Part shown: in pieces, positions 51,304 through 64,000 of the stretch | Numbering within the stretch: the stretch's first letter is position 1 | How the letters are laid out: each line of letters begins with the position of its first letter | NCBI GenBank assembly: GCA_964016885.1 | Contig: OZ024744.1 | Span: 32,550,001-32,614,000, forward strand | DNA length: 64,000 nt | Source of the DNA: Eledone cirrhosa | Taxonomy: Eukaryota | Direction: 5' to 3' | The notes under the pieces: generated by a model | Databases searched by the model: none | Told to the model about the DNA's origin: nothing | Seen by the model: the letters and a program-made list of their open reading frames with translations, nothing else | Position numbers and translations under genes: made by a program

Positions 51304-51900
51304 TTGTAATAAAATGAAAACGAAATTTCATTTCTCACTCTTAGTACGGCACTTACTTAAATGTAAGTATGTATGTATACGTACATACATATATGTATAC
51401 AGACGTACAGTAGCATGCATATATATATATATATATATACATATATACATACAGGTACACATACATATATGTACGTATCAGTTTAGCGGACGCTTATTAT
51501 AACGCCCGCTTTGTTCGTTTGTAAACAAACTGAACAGCCTGAATTTATGCCGTACGGTGTTAAGGCAACCACGTCACCTTTTTGTTCAACACTGACACAG
51601 GAACGATGTACTAGTTTCAAGCTTGTTAGCTATCATCAGCACCGTATACCCTTCTGCCAGATGGTTGAACGTTCGAAAGTATATACTTTCCTTATGAAAA
51701 TTAACGGCTGAGCAGCATTAATTTGCATATCGAGTGAGTTCGGCCAGGCGCACCGAAAACGATAAGTTGTAATAAAATGAAAACGAAATTTCATTTCTCA
51801 CTCTTAGTACGGCACTTACTTAAATGTAAGTATGTATACGAACATACATATATGTATACAGACGTACAGTAGCATGCATATATATATATATATATATATA
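51299..51900 (-). mobile_element. Second copy of the retrozyme-like element (period ~463 bp, ~1.3 units); hammerhead at 51604-51644
   Basis: Reverse complement of 3106-3838 with an identical hammerhead. ATAAGTTGTAATAAAATG at 51299 and 51762. Confidence 0.85.
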
Positions 51901-51978
51901 TATAATGGAAAATTTGAACAAGAACAAAACAGAGAGGCAGTACAATGAATGTTTATTAATTTCACTCTCTGGAGAGTG

Positions 51979-52033
<55 letters not shown>

Positions 52034-52081
52034 CACTATACAGATAAATATACACTATATATATATGTATATATATATATA

Positions 52082-52186
<105 letters not shown>

Positions 52187-52295
52187 TATATATATATATA
52201 TATATATATGTATATACATATATATACACTATACAGATAAATATACACTATATATATATATGTATATATATAAATATACACTATATATATATCTA

Positions 52296-52366
<71 letters not shown>

Positions 52367-52502
52367 GCACACACTATACAGATAAATGGTAGGATCTAAA
52401 CCGTATGAAGAACTCAATATAATCCGTATGTAGAAGATGTGAAGCAAAGTTTAAAATACAACATTTTCAACGATATAATTCATTGGATACAGAGTCAAAA
52501 AT

Positions 52503-52726
52503 ACAAATAGTGAAAACAATGAAATTAAACAAAAGACGGTTAATTCATAGTAAAACTCATTATTTTATGATCGTTTCTGGGGGGTAGTTCCCCATATGTC
52601 CATTCTATTATTGATCAATAATAGAATGGACATATGGGGAACTACCCCCCAGAAACGATCGTAAAATAATGAGTTTTACTATGAATTAACCGTTTTTTGT
52701 TTAATTTCATTGTTTTCACTATTTGT
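52503..52726. repeat. 224-bp near-perfect spacerless palindrome
   Basis: Centre TTGA|TCAA at 52614/52615, arms of 112 bp with few mismatches. Confidence 0.93.
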
Positions 52727-52733
52727 TTATACA

Positions 52734-52803
<70 letters not shown>

Positions 52804-52854
52804 TTGTCCAAAAGAATGGTAAGGACCGATACAGCTTGACACCAGTGACGTCAC

Positions 52855-52992
52855 AACTCATTTCTACAGCTGAGTGGATTGGATCAACGTGGAGTTAGTG
52901 TCTTGTTCAAGAACACAACGCACTGCCAGGTCCGACAATCGAACTCACAACCTTACAATTGTGAGCTCTAACCACTAAACCATGCACCTCCA
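52855..52992 (-). mobile_element. SINE family B head
   Basis: Reverse complement GGAGGTGCATGGTTTAGTGGTTAG..GTTCGATT..TCTTGAACAAGACAC, matching 56155-56290. Confidence 0.7.
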
Positions 52993-53730
52993 TATCTTTC
53001 TTGTATATAGATATGTCAAAACAGTATGCTTGACGGTCAAGCTCAACCGTTCCCAAGGCAAGACATGTTAGGCGTCCGACATTCTATCCTATAATAACTA
53101 CACTCTACTTTGTTTTAAGTAAGGCCTTCTTAACTACTACATTCTTATAAACACACGCATGTGTGTGTGTATGTATATATATATATTCATATATATATAT
53201 TTGTGTGTGAGTGTGTATATATATATCTATATATATATATATACACACACACACACATTTAAATGTATATATACATGTATACACACATGTGTATATATAT
53301 GTATATGTTGTTGTGCGTGTGCATATATAAAATATGGAAAAAGGAAAGTTTTTCTTCTTCTTCTTCTTCTTCTTCTTCTTCTTCTTCTTTAACCATTTTC
53401 CGTTTGAATTGCGATTTAATGTGTAATTTCTTCGAATGGATATGTAATTAAATTGTAAATGTTTCTATAATGACACTTTAATGCTGACCGAGTATTAAAT
53501 AAGAAAAAAGTTAATAAAAAAAAACCATCGAAGAAAAAAGTAAAGAAAACTTTTATCTTAACTGGAGACTCGAAAGATATTATCAAAGAAATGGCTGTAA
53601 ATGTATACAGAGCAGTATAGCTTTTAATTAAATCATAATAAAGTGACTTCATAAGCATTGGAACATTTGTGTGTAGTGATGTTATTCAAAGAAAAAATTG
53701 TTCGTCAGGGATCATATGTTTAAAAAAAAA

Positions 53731-54117
53731 TAATTGTTTCTACTATTGGCAGAATGCTAACAATTATCTCAGTACATTACTGGTACTTTATTTTATTGAC
53801 CCCGTAAGGATGAAAGCAAAGTTATCCTCGGCGGGATTTGAACTCAGATCATAAAGGGCCGTAACTTTATGCTGTAAAGCATGGTGTCCGACCCTCTACT
53901 GATACTGCCAATCGCCCGCCCTGTTTTTAAAAAAAAATAATTGTTTCTACTTTAGGCACAAAGCCAGCAATTGCCCAGTGCATTACTGGTACTTTATTTT
54001 ATCGACCCCGTAAGGATGAAAGGTAAAGTCAATCTCGGCGGGATTTGAACTCAGATCGTAAAGGGACGTAGCTATGCTGGAAAGCATGGCGTCCGACCCT
54101 CTACCGATACTGCCAAT
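53731..54117 (-). mobile_element. Two adjacent SINE family A copies (53731-53920, 53938-54117)
   Basis: Full-length matches to the family A consensus. Confidence 0.9.
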
Positions 54118-54425
54118 GTCATCTATATATAAATTCAAGCGACTTCCGTCTGCCCGTCACACAATGTGTGTGTGTGTGTTTGTGTGAATGTATGTGTGTA
54201 TAAAAGGAAGAGATGGGATGGTGAAAAAACTATAGTAAATCAGTGGCTGGGGTTGAAGAAGATCTTAGTTCTTTTAAAATGCCTAATAAGTGAATTTTGT
54301 TTATGCCATAACTAAACTCTCTGTGTTCAGCCATTTTATGACCAGATAGATTTGTGTTGACTATGTTTCATTGCTCCTATAATTCACGACGCAATATTTT
54401 TGTTATCATTATAATATGATGAGAA

Positions 54426-54636
54426 GGCGGCTGATTGGTAGTCTGAATAAAGCGCTGGACATCATTTGCGGCATATAGTTACGACTCTTTATGTTTTGAG
54501 TTCAAATCACACTGAAGTTAGCTTTGCCTTTCATCCTTAGGGGGTCTATAAAATAAAGTACTAGTTGGGTTGATTGAGTTGACTTTCCTCTCTTCCCTTC
54601 AAATTACTGTCCTTGTGTCAGAAGTAGAAACATTTA
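54426..54636 (+). mobile_element. SINE family A, diverged
   Basis: Head, central domain and tail. Confidence 0.8.
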
Positions 54637-54814
54637 TAATTGTTTGATGTGAAACCACAATCATGTTGGCACTGAATGATATGTAGTAGTTTAACCAAGT
54701 TCTTATACAAAGGCAGCTTCTGACACATCACCCACGATTGAGTTCTTTCCACTCATTGGATATTCCCACACTACACACTACACTCCACTCTATTTGTTAT
54801 TTAATGTTTCACAC

Positions 54815-55880
54815 GTTTGTATATATTTGTAAGTTCTGGGGTTCTCTATGTAATATGTATGTGTACAGTACCTAATAGTGATATTTCCTGAATGTTGTGT
54901 GTATGTATGTTCTTGGGTACATTATATTATATGTATACCTGTGAGTTCAAATCCCGCCGAGGTTGACTTTGCCTTTCATCCTTACGGGGTCGATAAAATA
55001 AGGTACCAGTAATACCCTGGGGTAATAGCTGGACTTGTGCCCAAAGTAGAAACAATTATATTATATGTATACCGTAACTAGTTATATTTTCAGTATGCTA
55101 TATATATATATATGTGTGTGTGTGAGTGTGTGTGTGTGTCGGTACTGGGGTACTCAATCAAATATATAATTGTTTCTACTTTTGGCACAAGGGCAGCAAT
55201 TATCCCAGTGCATTACTGGTACTTTATTTTATCAACCACGTAAGGATGAAAGTCAAAGTTTACCTCGGCGGAATTTGAACTCAGAATGGCAAAGGTCATA
55301 ATTCTATGCTGCAAAACATGGCGTCCGACCCTCTACCGATACTGCCAATATATATCTAATATATATATGTACAGTAGCTAGTATTGTTAATTTCTGTATG
55401 TTGTATGAACATAAGTCCTGAGATACACTATGCAATATAGTACATAGTAGTGATATTTTCTCTATGTTGTATATATTTGTAAGGCTTGGTCTACTCTACG
55501 TAATATATATACAGTACATAGTAGTGATATTTTCTCTATCTTGTATATATTTGTAAGACCTGGTCTACTCTACGTAATATATATACAGTACATAGTAGTG
55601 ATATTTTCTCTATCTTGTATATATTTGTAAGACCTGGTCTATTCTACGTAATATATATACAGTACATAGTAGTGATATTTTCTCTATGTGGTATATATTT
55701 GTAAGACCTGGTCTACTCTACGTAATATATATACAGTACATAGTAGTGATATTTTCTCTATCTTGTATATATTTTAAGGCCTGGTCTACTCTACGTAATA
55801 TATATACAGTACATAGTAGTGATATTTTCTATATGTTGTATATATTTGGAGTAGTTCTCTACGTAACACGTGTACTGTAT
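54815..55880. repeat. 74-bp minisatellite: homogeneous units at 55436-55880, older units upstream interrupted by two SINE A copies (54941-55058 +, 55168-55348 -)
   Basis: TACATAGTAGTGATATTTT at 55441, 55515, 55589, 55663, 55737 and 55810. Confidence 0.9.
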
Positions 55881-55959
55881 CTTATAATATAACCTCACAT
55901 TGACCAATGCCTTATGAGTGAAATTTGGTAGACACAAACTGAAGGGGTCTGTTGCATAT

Positions 55960-56034
55960 ATCATCAACATCTTCACCATCATCATTATCATCATCATCAT
56001 CGTAATCATCGTAATCATCGTCATCATCATCATT

Positions 56035-56087
<53 letters not shown>

Positions 56088-56106
56088 TATCATCATCTTT
56101 ATTATC
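55960..56106. repeat. (ATC)n microsatellite
   Basis: Direct reading. Confidence 0.95.
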
Positions 56107-56154
56107 AATTAACGTGTATATATAATATAGCCATACTCTACTACACTAAGTGTA

Positions 56155-56390
56155 GAGGCACGTGGCCTAGTGGTAAGGGTGTTCGACTTACAATCATAAT
56201 GTCGTGGGTTCGATTCCTGGGTTGTGTATTGTGTTGTGTTCTTGAGCAAAACACTTCATTTCACGTTGCGTCAGTATACTCAGCAATAGCTGGAGGTTTA
56301 ACCCTGCGATAGACTGGCGTCCTGTCCAGGGGGAGACTTGTACTCTCAGTCGCTTCCCGCCATGAAACTGGGATAAGCACCAGACAGATT
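56155..56390 (+). mobile_element. tRNA-derived SINE (family B head, V-SINE-like body)
   Basis: GTGGCCTAGTGGTAAG (A box), GGTTCGATTCC (B box), CTTGAGCAAAACACTT, AACCCTGCGATAGACTGGCGTCCTGTCCAGGGG. Confidence 0.8.
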
Positions 56391-56426
56391 TTAGACTTAG
56401 ACTACACCAAATATCGAGTACTCTTG

Positions 56427-56462
<36 letters not shown>

Positions 56463-56539
56463 GGGATAACAAATTATTGTTATAGGTAGCCCTTATTGTA
56501 TAGTAAACCATGTCACTCTTCTTTCTTGATTTATATATG

Positions 56540-56580
<41 letters not shown>

Positions 56581-56598
56581 ATGTGTATATATATATAT

Positions 56599-57170
56599 AG
56601 TACAACCTGTCTCATGGTCGGGTCGTTGGCGACTAAACTTGCAACGCCACCAAGGTTTCTTGGTGAGGAGGGTGACTTTGGACATCCTGCAGGACTAAAA
56701 ACAAAACCTGTCAAAGGGCAAAGGAGCTCTTAAGAGTCAATGGCCATCCAAAATCATCGGGAGAGATGACCCCTTAGCCTTTGTCAAGGCAGAATTCTAG
56801 GAGAAGGAAAACTCTGATATAACACCTGCAACCCTGATGGTATCCAAAGATGTTGAATTGTTCTTCTTTTTGGTAAAGATCATCTTGGTTAAGAGAGTGG
56901 GACTGGCTTTGTGCAGTGCCTTTGCTCACTATAAAAGCTTCACAGCACAGGCATTGCTTTATATCTGGAGATCTCTCTGCACTTGTCGTCACATGGTACC
57001 ATGGGCCCAGCACTATGCGTCAATAATTGTCCCAAGTGTAGTGTTTGTACCAGAGTTTTCAAGTCGCTGGCTGGACTAAAAAGTCACACTCGTTCAGCGC
57101 ATCGGTAGGGGTTCTCCTACATGGATATAAAGTAGTGGCCGTACTCGAAAGTGAGTTGGCAGCCACCATA
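56599..57170 (+). mobile_element. Bipartite RTE-derived non-autonomous element (family Y), 5'-clipped
   Basis: Homologous to 57865-58473. Confidence 0.8.
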
Positions 57171-57864
57171 TATATATATATATGTGTGTGTGTATGTGTG
57201 TGTATATATATATATGTGTGTGTGTATATATATATATGTGTGCGTGTTTGTATAGTTGTGTGTTTGTTGGGAGGGGGGGGGAGTGCGTATGTGTTTGTGT
57301 GTGTGACATTTAAACTTGTGTCTGTATCTATAATCTGTAAACTAACGGTTCGATAAATAAGAAATCAATAAAATAATTTACTGAATATAAAGAAATAAAT
57401 CCTGCCAATCAATATGATTAATTGGCTAAAACGAAGGCGGTGCCACAGAATGACCGCAGTCTAATTACTGAAACCGGTAAAACAATAAAGGAACATACTC
57501 ATACACCCGTGTGTGTGAGAGGGGGCGCGCCTGTGTGTGTGTATTCGTGCGTATGTATGTGTATATGTATGTATGTATGTGTGTATGTATGTGTATGTAT
57601 GTATGTGTGTATGTATGTGGGTATGTATGTGTGTATGTATGTATGTGTGTATGTGTGTGTGTATGTATGTATGTATGTATATATGTATGTATGTATGTAT
57701 GTGGGTATGTATGTGTGTATGTATGTATGTGTGTATGTGTGTATGTGTGTGTATGTATGTATGTATGTATGTATGTATGTATGTATGTATGTATGTATGT
57801 ATGTATGTATGTGGGTATGTATGTGTGTATATATGTATGTGTGTATGTGTGTATGTATGTATGT

Positions 57865-58473
57865 CAGGTCACCAGTTGGTGCTACTGGTAACATGTATCC
57901 CAGTACAACCTGTCTCATGGTCGGGTCGTTGGCGACTAAACTGGCAACCCCACCAAGGTTTCTTGGTGAGGAGGGTGACTTTGGACATCCTGCAGGACTA
58001 AAAACAAAACCTGTCAAAGGGCAAAGGAGCTCTTAAGAGTCAATGGCCATCCAAAATCACCGGGAGAGATGACCCCTTAGCCTTTGTCAAGGCAGAATTC
58101 TAGGAGAAGGAAAACTCTGATTTAACTCCTGCAACTCTGATGGTATCCAATGATGTTCACTTGTTCTTCTTTTTGGTAAATATCATCTTGGTTAAGAGAG
58201 TGGGACTGGCTTTGTGCAGTGCCTTTTCTCACTATAAAAGCTTCACGGCACAGGCATTGCTTTATATCTGGAGATCTCTCTGCACTTGTCGTCACATGGT
58301 ACCATGGGCCCAGCACTATGTGTCAATAATTGACACAGATGTAGTGTTTGTACCAGAGTTTTCAAGTCGCTGGCTGGACTAAAAAGTTACACTCGATCAG
58401 CGAATCGGTAGGCGTTCTCCTACATGGATATAAGGTAGTTGCTGTACTTGAAAACGAGTTGGCAGCCACCATG
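57865..58473 (+). mobile_element. Bipartite RTE-derived non-autonomous element (family Y)
   Basis: Middle resembles the RTE 5' UTR (13095-13260). 3' end resembles the RTE last Zn finger and terminus (15342-15462). Confidence 0.8.
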
Positions 58474-58486
58474 TATATATGTATGA

Positions 58487-58555
<69 letters not shown>

Positions 58556-58559
58556 GTGG

Positions 58560-58616
<57 letters not shown>

Positions 58617-58620
<4 letters not shown>

Positions 58621-60401
58621 TTAAAATAAAAGATTAAAGTTTAAGCAAAGAATCGCTGCTTTCACCCTTAACGGGATCTTCTGAAACTAACAAAGTCAAT
58701 CTGTAAACGCAGAACTGGATATTTCAAAAAACGTTGCAACCGGAGGAAGACAGGAAGACGATACTTTGGTTCATGGTGACGTTCGCTGGCAAAGAACAGG
58801 GAAAAACGAATATATGTCATTAATAGGAGCGGTGAAAAACAATTACGTGCAAGGACAGAACCACGTTTATGGTATAAAAGAGGTCGTAGACTAATGTTCT
58901 CTAAGTGGTGCATAGAGACGTTCTCTGGCAATGAACGAAAAAACGAATATAATAAGTCATATGTGGAGCGTGGAGAACAATAGCGTGCAAAGACAAAACC
59001 ACGTAAATGGTATAGCAGAAGTCGTAGACTAAAATTCTAACTAGGATGCCGAATGAATCTCCGCTACAGAGTTAAGAACAAAGTAAATAAATACAATACA
59101 GAAGTAATAGGAACAAATAAATACATACACGCAAACAGATACGTACATACACAAGCATTCGCAAAACCTTACCATAGGTATACAAAACCACGCACATATA
59201 AATATGTGTGTGTGTGTATGCTTGTGTACAAATAAATAAATAAATAATTATATAAACGTATATAAGTAAATAAATACGTATATAACAAGCGCACACACGT
59301 ACCTACAAATAAATACACGAATATTCGGAGACGTAAGTCAACTAAAACAAGAAGTACACATATACACACACCCACCATACGTACGAACCTGCATACTCAC
59401 GCAGACGCAAAACACCCGTATACACATAGCCAAACGCTAAATACCAGAATATGTAAAAATTATACGCCATAACAGTCAAATATACGTACGAGAAGCTATA
59501 CATACCTTCACAAAACATACGGGTAATATATACTTACCTATGCAAATAATTAAAGGAATAAACAAAACATATACTTAGCACCCACATCAAGACGTAAAAT
59601 ATCCACGTATAGATCGTGCTATCCGTTAGGGTATAACGTGGGGCTGTAATACAGGAAAGTTTTGTGCAATTTATGTTTACAAGCCGAAATTGCCTCAGAT
59701 TTTTTGTTTAAGATGTGGTCTGTGGCGTAGAGTATTTCCAGGGCCTGAGCGGCGCAGAGGTCACATGGTCTTTTATTTCCGTTATACGATCTAGCCCTAG
59801 CTAGGATCTCCCAGTGTAACTTATATTGGGTGTGGTTGTCTTTTAAACTCCAGATATAAGCTGAAAGGGACGTCATATTCTTTCTTAGAGGGTAACGAAA
59901 AGAATGGGTATGCATGTAAAGACGCTGCTTGAAACTATTGGCGGTTAACCCTATGTAGGCCCTACGGGACGTGGTGTTACAACCTTACATTTGTAGACAA
60001 TGTTACTAGAGAGGCATTTCCCGGATAGGGGGCAATCAGCCCGATTCCTACAATTACAGTTAGTACTAACTACAGGGTTGCACGTGTTCCTACGGCTAGG
60101 TAGTTTAGCTAAATTTGAAGCTGTGATGTTATGTGCAAGGTTAGGAGTCGTAGAGTAAGAAATTTTAATAGTATTTCTATTAAAAATGTTACTATATTTA
60201 TGTGTAGGGGGAAAATGCTTCGTAATAAGGGAAAGAAAGATCTTAGCTAATGGTGTGGCCACCTCCATATTATATGGTGGGTTAAACCAACAAATGCGAC
60301 GGGATCTATTTCTTCTAGGTCTATTTTCGTACTCTGTATATGCTACCTTATCAACAAATCCACTTCGAGGAAGAGCTTCATTGTAGTAAGTGGAATGGTC
60401 G

Positions 60402-60406
<5 letters not shown>
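58617..60406 (-). mobile_element. 5'-truncated Nematis-like PLE (same family as 47490-50138)
   Basis: Near-identical GIY-YIG coding region and pLTR, with a frameshift near 59975. Confidence 0.92.
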
Positions 60407-60472
<66 letters not shown>

Positions 60473-60584
60473 CACATGCATATGCATGCATATACATGCA
60501 TATATATATATACATATATATATATATACATATATATATTCGTATATATATATATATGTGTATATATCTATGTATATATCTATG

Positions 60585-60621
<37 letters not shown>

Positions 60622-60763
60622 GTATATTTATGTATATATATATATATGTATATATATATGTATATATATATGTATATATATGTATATGTATATATATATA
60701 AATGTATATATATATATGTATATATATATGTATATATGTATGTATATATGTATGTATATATTG

Positions 60764-61380
60764 CAGGTCATCAGTTGGTGCTACAGTTAACATGTATCCC
60801 AGTACAACCTGTCTAATGGTCGGGTTGTTGGCGACTAAACTGGCAATCCCACCAAGGTTTCTTGGTGAGGAGGGTGACTTTGGACATCCTGCAGGACTAA
60901 AAACAAAATCTGTCAAAAAGTCAAAGGGCAAAGGAGCTCTTAAGAGTCAATGGCCATTCAAAATCACCCGGAGAGATGACCCCTTAGCCTTTGTCAAGGC
61001 AGAATTCTAGGAGGAGGAAAACTCTGATATAACACCTGCAACCCTGATGGTATCCAATGATGTTGACTTGTTCTTCTTTTTGGTAAATATCATCTTGGTT
61101 AAGAGAGTGGGACTGGCTTTGTGCAGTGCCTTTGCTCACTATAAAAGCTTCACGGCACAGGCATTGCTTTATATCTGGAGATCTCTCTGCACTTGTCGTC
61201 ACATGGTACCATGGGCCCAGCACTATGTGTCAATAATTGACACAGATGTAGTGTTTGTACCAGAGTTTTCAAGTCGCTGGCTGGACTAAAAAGTTACACT
61301 CGATCAGCGAATCGGTAGGCGTTCTCCTACATGGATATAAGGTAGTTGCTGTACTTGAAAACGAGTTGGCAGCCACCATG
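60764..61380 (+). mobile_element. Family Y element
   Basis: Near-identical to 57865-58473 with a small internal duplication. Confidence 0.82.
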
Positions 61381-61393
61381 TATATATGTATGA

Positions 61394-61452
<59 letters not shown>

Positions 61453-61456
61453 ATGG

Positions 61457-61517
<61 letters not shown>

Positions 61518-61522
<5 letters not shown>

Positions 61523-63302
61523 TAAAATAAAAGATTAAAGTTTAAGCAAAGAATCGCTGCTTTCACCCTTAACGGGATCTTCTGAAACTAACAAAGTCAA
61601 TCTGTAAACGCAGAACTGGATATTTCAAAAAACGTTGCAACCGGAGGAAGACAGGAAGACGATACTTTGGTTCATGGTGACGTTCGCTGGCAAAGAACAG
61701 GGAAAAACGAATATATGTCATTAATAGGAGCGGTGAAAAACAATTACGTGCAAGGACAGAACCACGTTTATGGTATAAAAGAAGTCGTAGACTAATGTTC
61801 TCTAAGTGGTGCATAGAGACGTTCTCTGGCAATGAACGAAAAAACGAAGATAATAAGTCATATGTGGAGCGTAGAGAACAATAGCGTGCAAAGACAAAAC
61901 CACGTAAATGGTATAGCAGAAGTCGTAGACTAACATTCTAACTAGGATGCCGAATGAATCTCCGCTACAGAGTTAAGAACAAAGTAAATAAATACAATAC
62001 AGAAGTAATAGGAACAAATAAATACATACACGCAAACAGATACGTACATACACAAGCATTCGCAAAACCTTACCATAGGTATACAAAACCACGCACATAT
62101 AAATATGTGTGTGTGTGTATGCTTGTGTACAAATAAATAAATAAATAATTATATAAACGTATATAAGTAAATAAATACGTATATAACAAGCGCACACACG
62201 TACCTACAAATAAATACACGAATATTCGGAGACGTAAGTCAACTAAAACAAGAAGTACACATATACACACACCCACTATACGTACGAACCTGCATACTCA
62301 CGCAGACGCAAAACACCCGTATACACATAGCCAAACGCTAAATACCAGAATATGTAAAAATTATACGCCATAACAGTCAAATATACGTACGAGAAGCTAT
62401 ACATACCTTCACAAAACATACGGGTAATATATACTTACCTATGCAAATAATTAAATGAATAAACAAAACATATACTTAGCACCCACATCAAGACGTAAAA
62501 TATCCACGTATAGATCGTGCTATCCGTTAGGGTATAACGTGGGGCTGTAATACAGGAAAGTTTTGTGCAATTTATGTTTACAAGCCGAAATTGCCTCAGA
62601 TGTTTTGTTTAAGATGTGGTCTGTGGCGTAGAGTATTTCCAGGGCCTGAGCGGCGCAGAGGTCACATGGTCTTTTATTTCCGTTATACGATCTAGCCCTA
62701 GCTAGGATCTCCCAGTGTAACTTATATTGGGTGTGGTTGTCTTTTAAACTCCAGATATAAGCTGAAAGGGACGTCATATTCTTTCTTAGAGGGTAACGAA
62801 AAGAATGGGTATGCATGTAAAGACGCTGCTTGAAACTATTGGCGGTTAACCCTATGTAGGCCCTACGGGACGTGGTGTTACAACCTTACATTTGTAGACA
62901 ATGTTACTAGAGAGGCATTTCCCGGATAGGGGGCAATCAGCCCGATTCCTACAATTACAGTTAGTACTAACTACAGGGTTGCACGTGTTCCTACGGCTAG
63001 GTAGTTTAGCTAAATTTGAAGCTGTGATGTTATGTGCAAGGTTAGGAGTCGTAGAGTAAGAAATTTTAATAGTATTTCTATTAAAAATGTTACTATATTT
63101 ATGTGTAGGGGGAAAATGCTTCGTAATAAGGGAAAGAAAGATCTTAGCTAATGGTGTGGCCACCTCCATATTATATGGTGGGTTAAACCAACAAATGCGA
63201 CGGGATCTATTTCTTCTAGGTCTATTTTCGTACTCTGTATATGCTACCTTATCAACAAATCCACTTCGAGGAAGAGCTTCATTGTAGTAAGTGGAATGGT
63301 CG

Positions 63303-63307
<5 letters not shown>
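61518..63307 (-). mobile_element. Duplicate of PLE 58617-60406
   Basis: Offset of 2901 bp, same truncation point and same frameshift. Confidence 0.92.
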
Positions 63308-63344
<37 letters not shown>

Positions 63345-63451
63345 GCATATGCATGCATATACATGCATATATATATATACATATATATATATATACATAT
63401 ATATATTCGTATATATATATATATGTGTATATATCTATGTATATATCTATG

Positions 63452-63490
<39 letters not shown>

Positions 63491-63497
63491 GTATATT

Positions 63498-63540
<43 letters not shown>

Positions 63541-63632
63541 GTATATATATGTATATGTATATATATATAAATGTATATATATATATGTATATATATATGT
63601 ATATATGTATGTATATATGTATGTATATATTG

Positions 63633-64000
63633 CAGGTCATCAGTTGGTGCTACAGTTAACATGTATCCCAGTACAACCTGTCTAATGGTCGGGTTGTTGG
63701 CGACTAAACTGGCAATCCCACCAAGGTTTCTTGGTGAGGAGGGTGACTTTGGACATCCTGCAGGACTAAAAACAAAATCTGTCAAAAAGTCAAAGGGCAA
63801 AGGAGCTCTTAAGAGTCAATGGCCATCCATAATCACCCGGAGAGATGACCCCTTAGCCTTTGTCAAGGCAGAATTCTAGGAGCAGGAAAACTCTGATATA
63901 ACACCTGCAACCCTGATGGTATCCAATGATGTTGACTTGTTCTTCTTTTTGGTAAATATCATCTTGGTTAAGAGAGTGGGACTGGCTTTGTGCAGTGCCT
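63633..64000 (+). mobile_element. Family Y element (runs off the window)
   Basis: Shares diagnostic variants with the 60764 copy. Confidence 0.82.

Noticed and set aside
56155-56230. tRNA-like sequence
   Set aside because: A/B boxes are followed by a SINE body with no proper acceptor stem. This is a SINE head, as are the family A heads.
59951-60931. 326-aa ORF fusing Y antisense, (TA)n and PLE endonuclease
   Set aside because: Chance read-through across a microsatellite. The frame is broken in the duplicate copy.

Overview
Eukaryotic, AT-rich, repeat-saturated DNA in which I found no convincing host gene. The SINE families and microsatellite content suggest an octopod cephalopod (inference from recognition, not from a search). 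Most ORFs in the track (YIYI, HTHT, CVCV, poly-R/F) are microsatellite artefacts. The window holds several Penelope-like elements (PLEs) with pseudo-LTR and inverted ends, a decayed RTE LINE, an R4/Dong-type RLE LINE, an internally deleted Helitron, a head-to-tail cluster of Tx1/L1-type LINEs associated with (GATA)n, tRNA-derived SINEs, and mini/microsatellites. The main hidden signal is about 19 type I hammerhead ribozyme motifs from about 10 sequence families. Several lie in non-coding, more-than-unit-length tandem or inverted elements (units of ~416-463 bp and ~670 bp) that resemble retrozymes. Other points of interest: a two-ORF PLE joined by a T_TTT_TTA -1 frameshift site, a bipartite non-autonomous RTE derivative whose parent-type LINE is in the same window, a conserved AG|GTAAGT motif over the ORF1 stop of two diverged Tx1 elements, and a Helitron head-to-tail junction. 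Coordinates were read by eye, so element ends are approximate.
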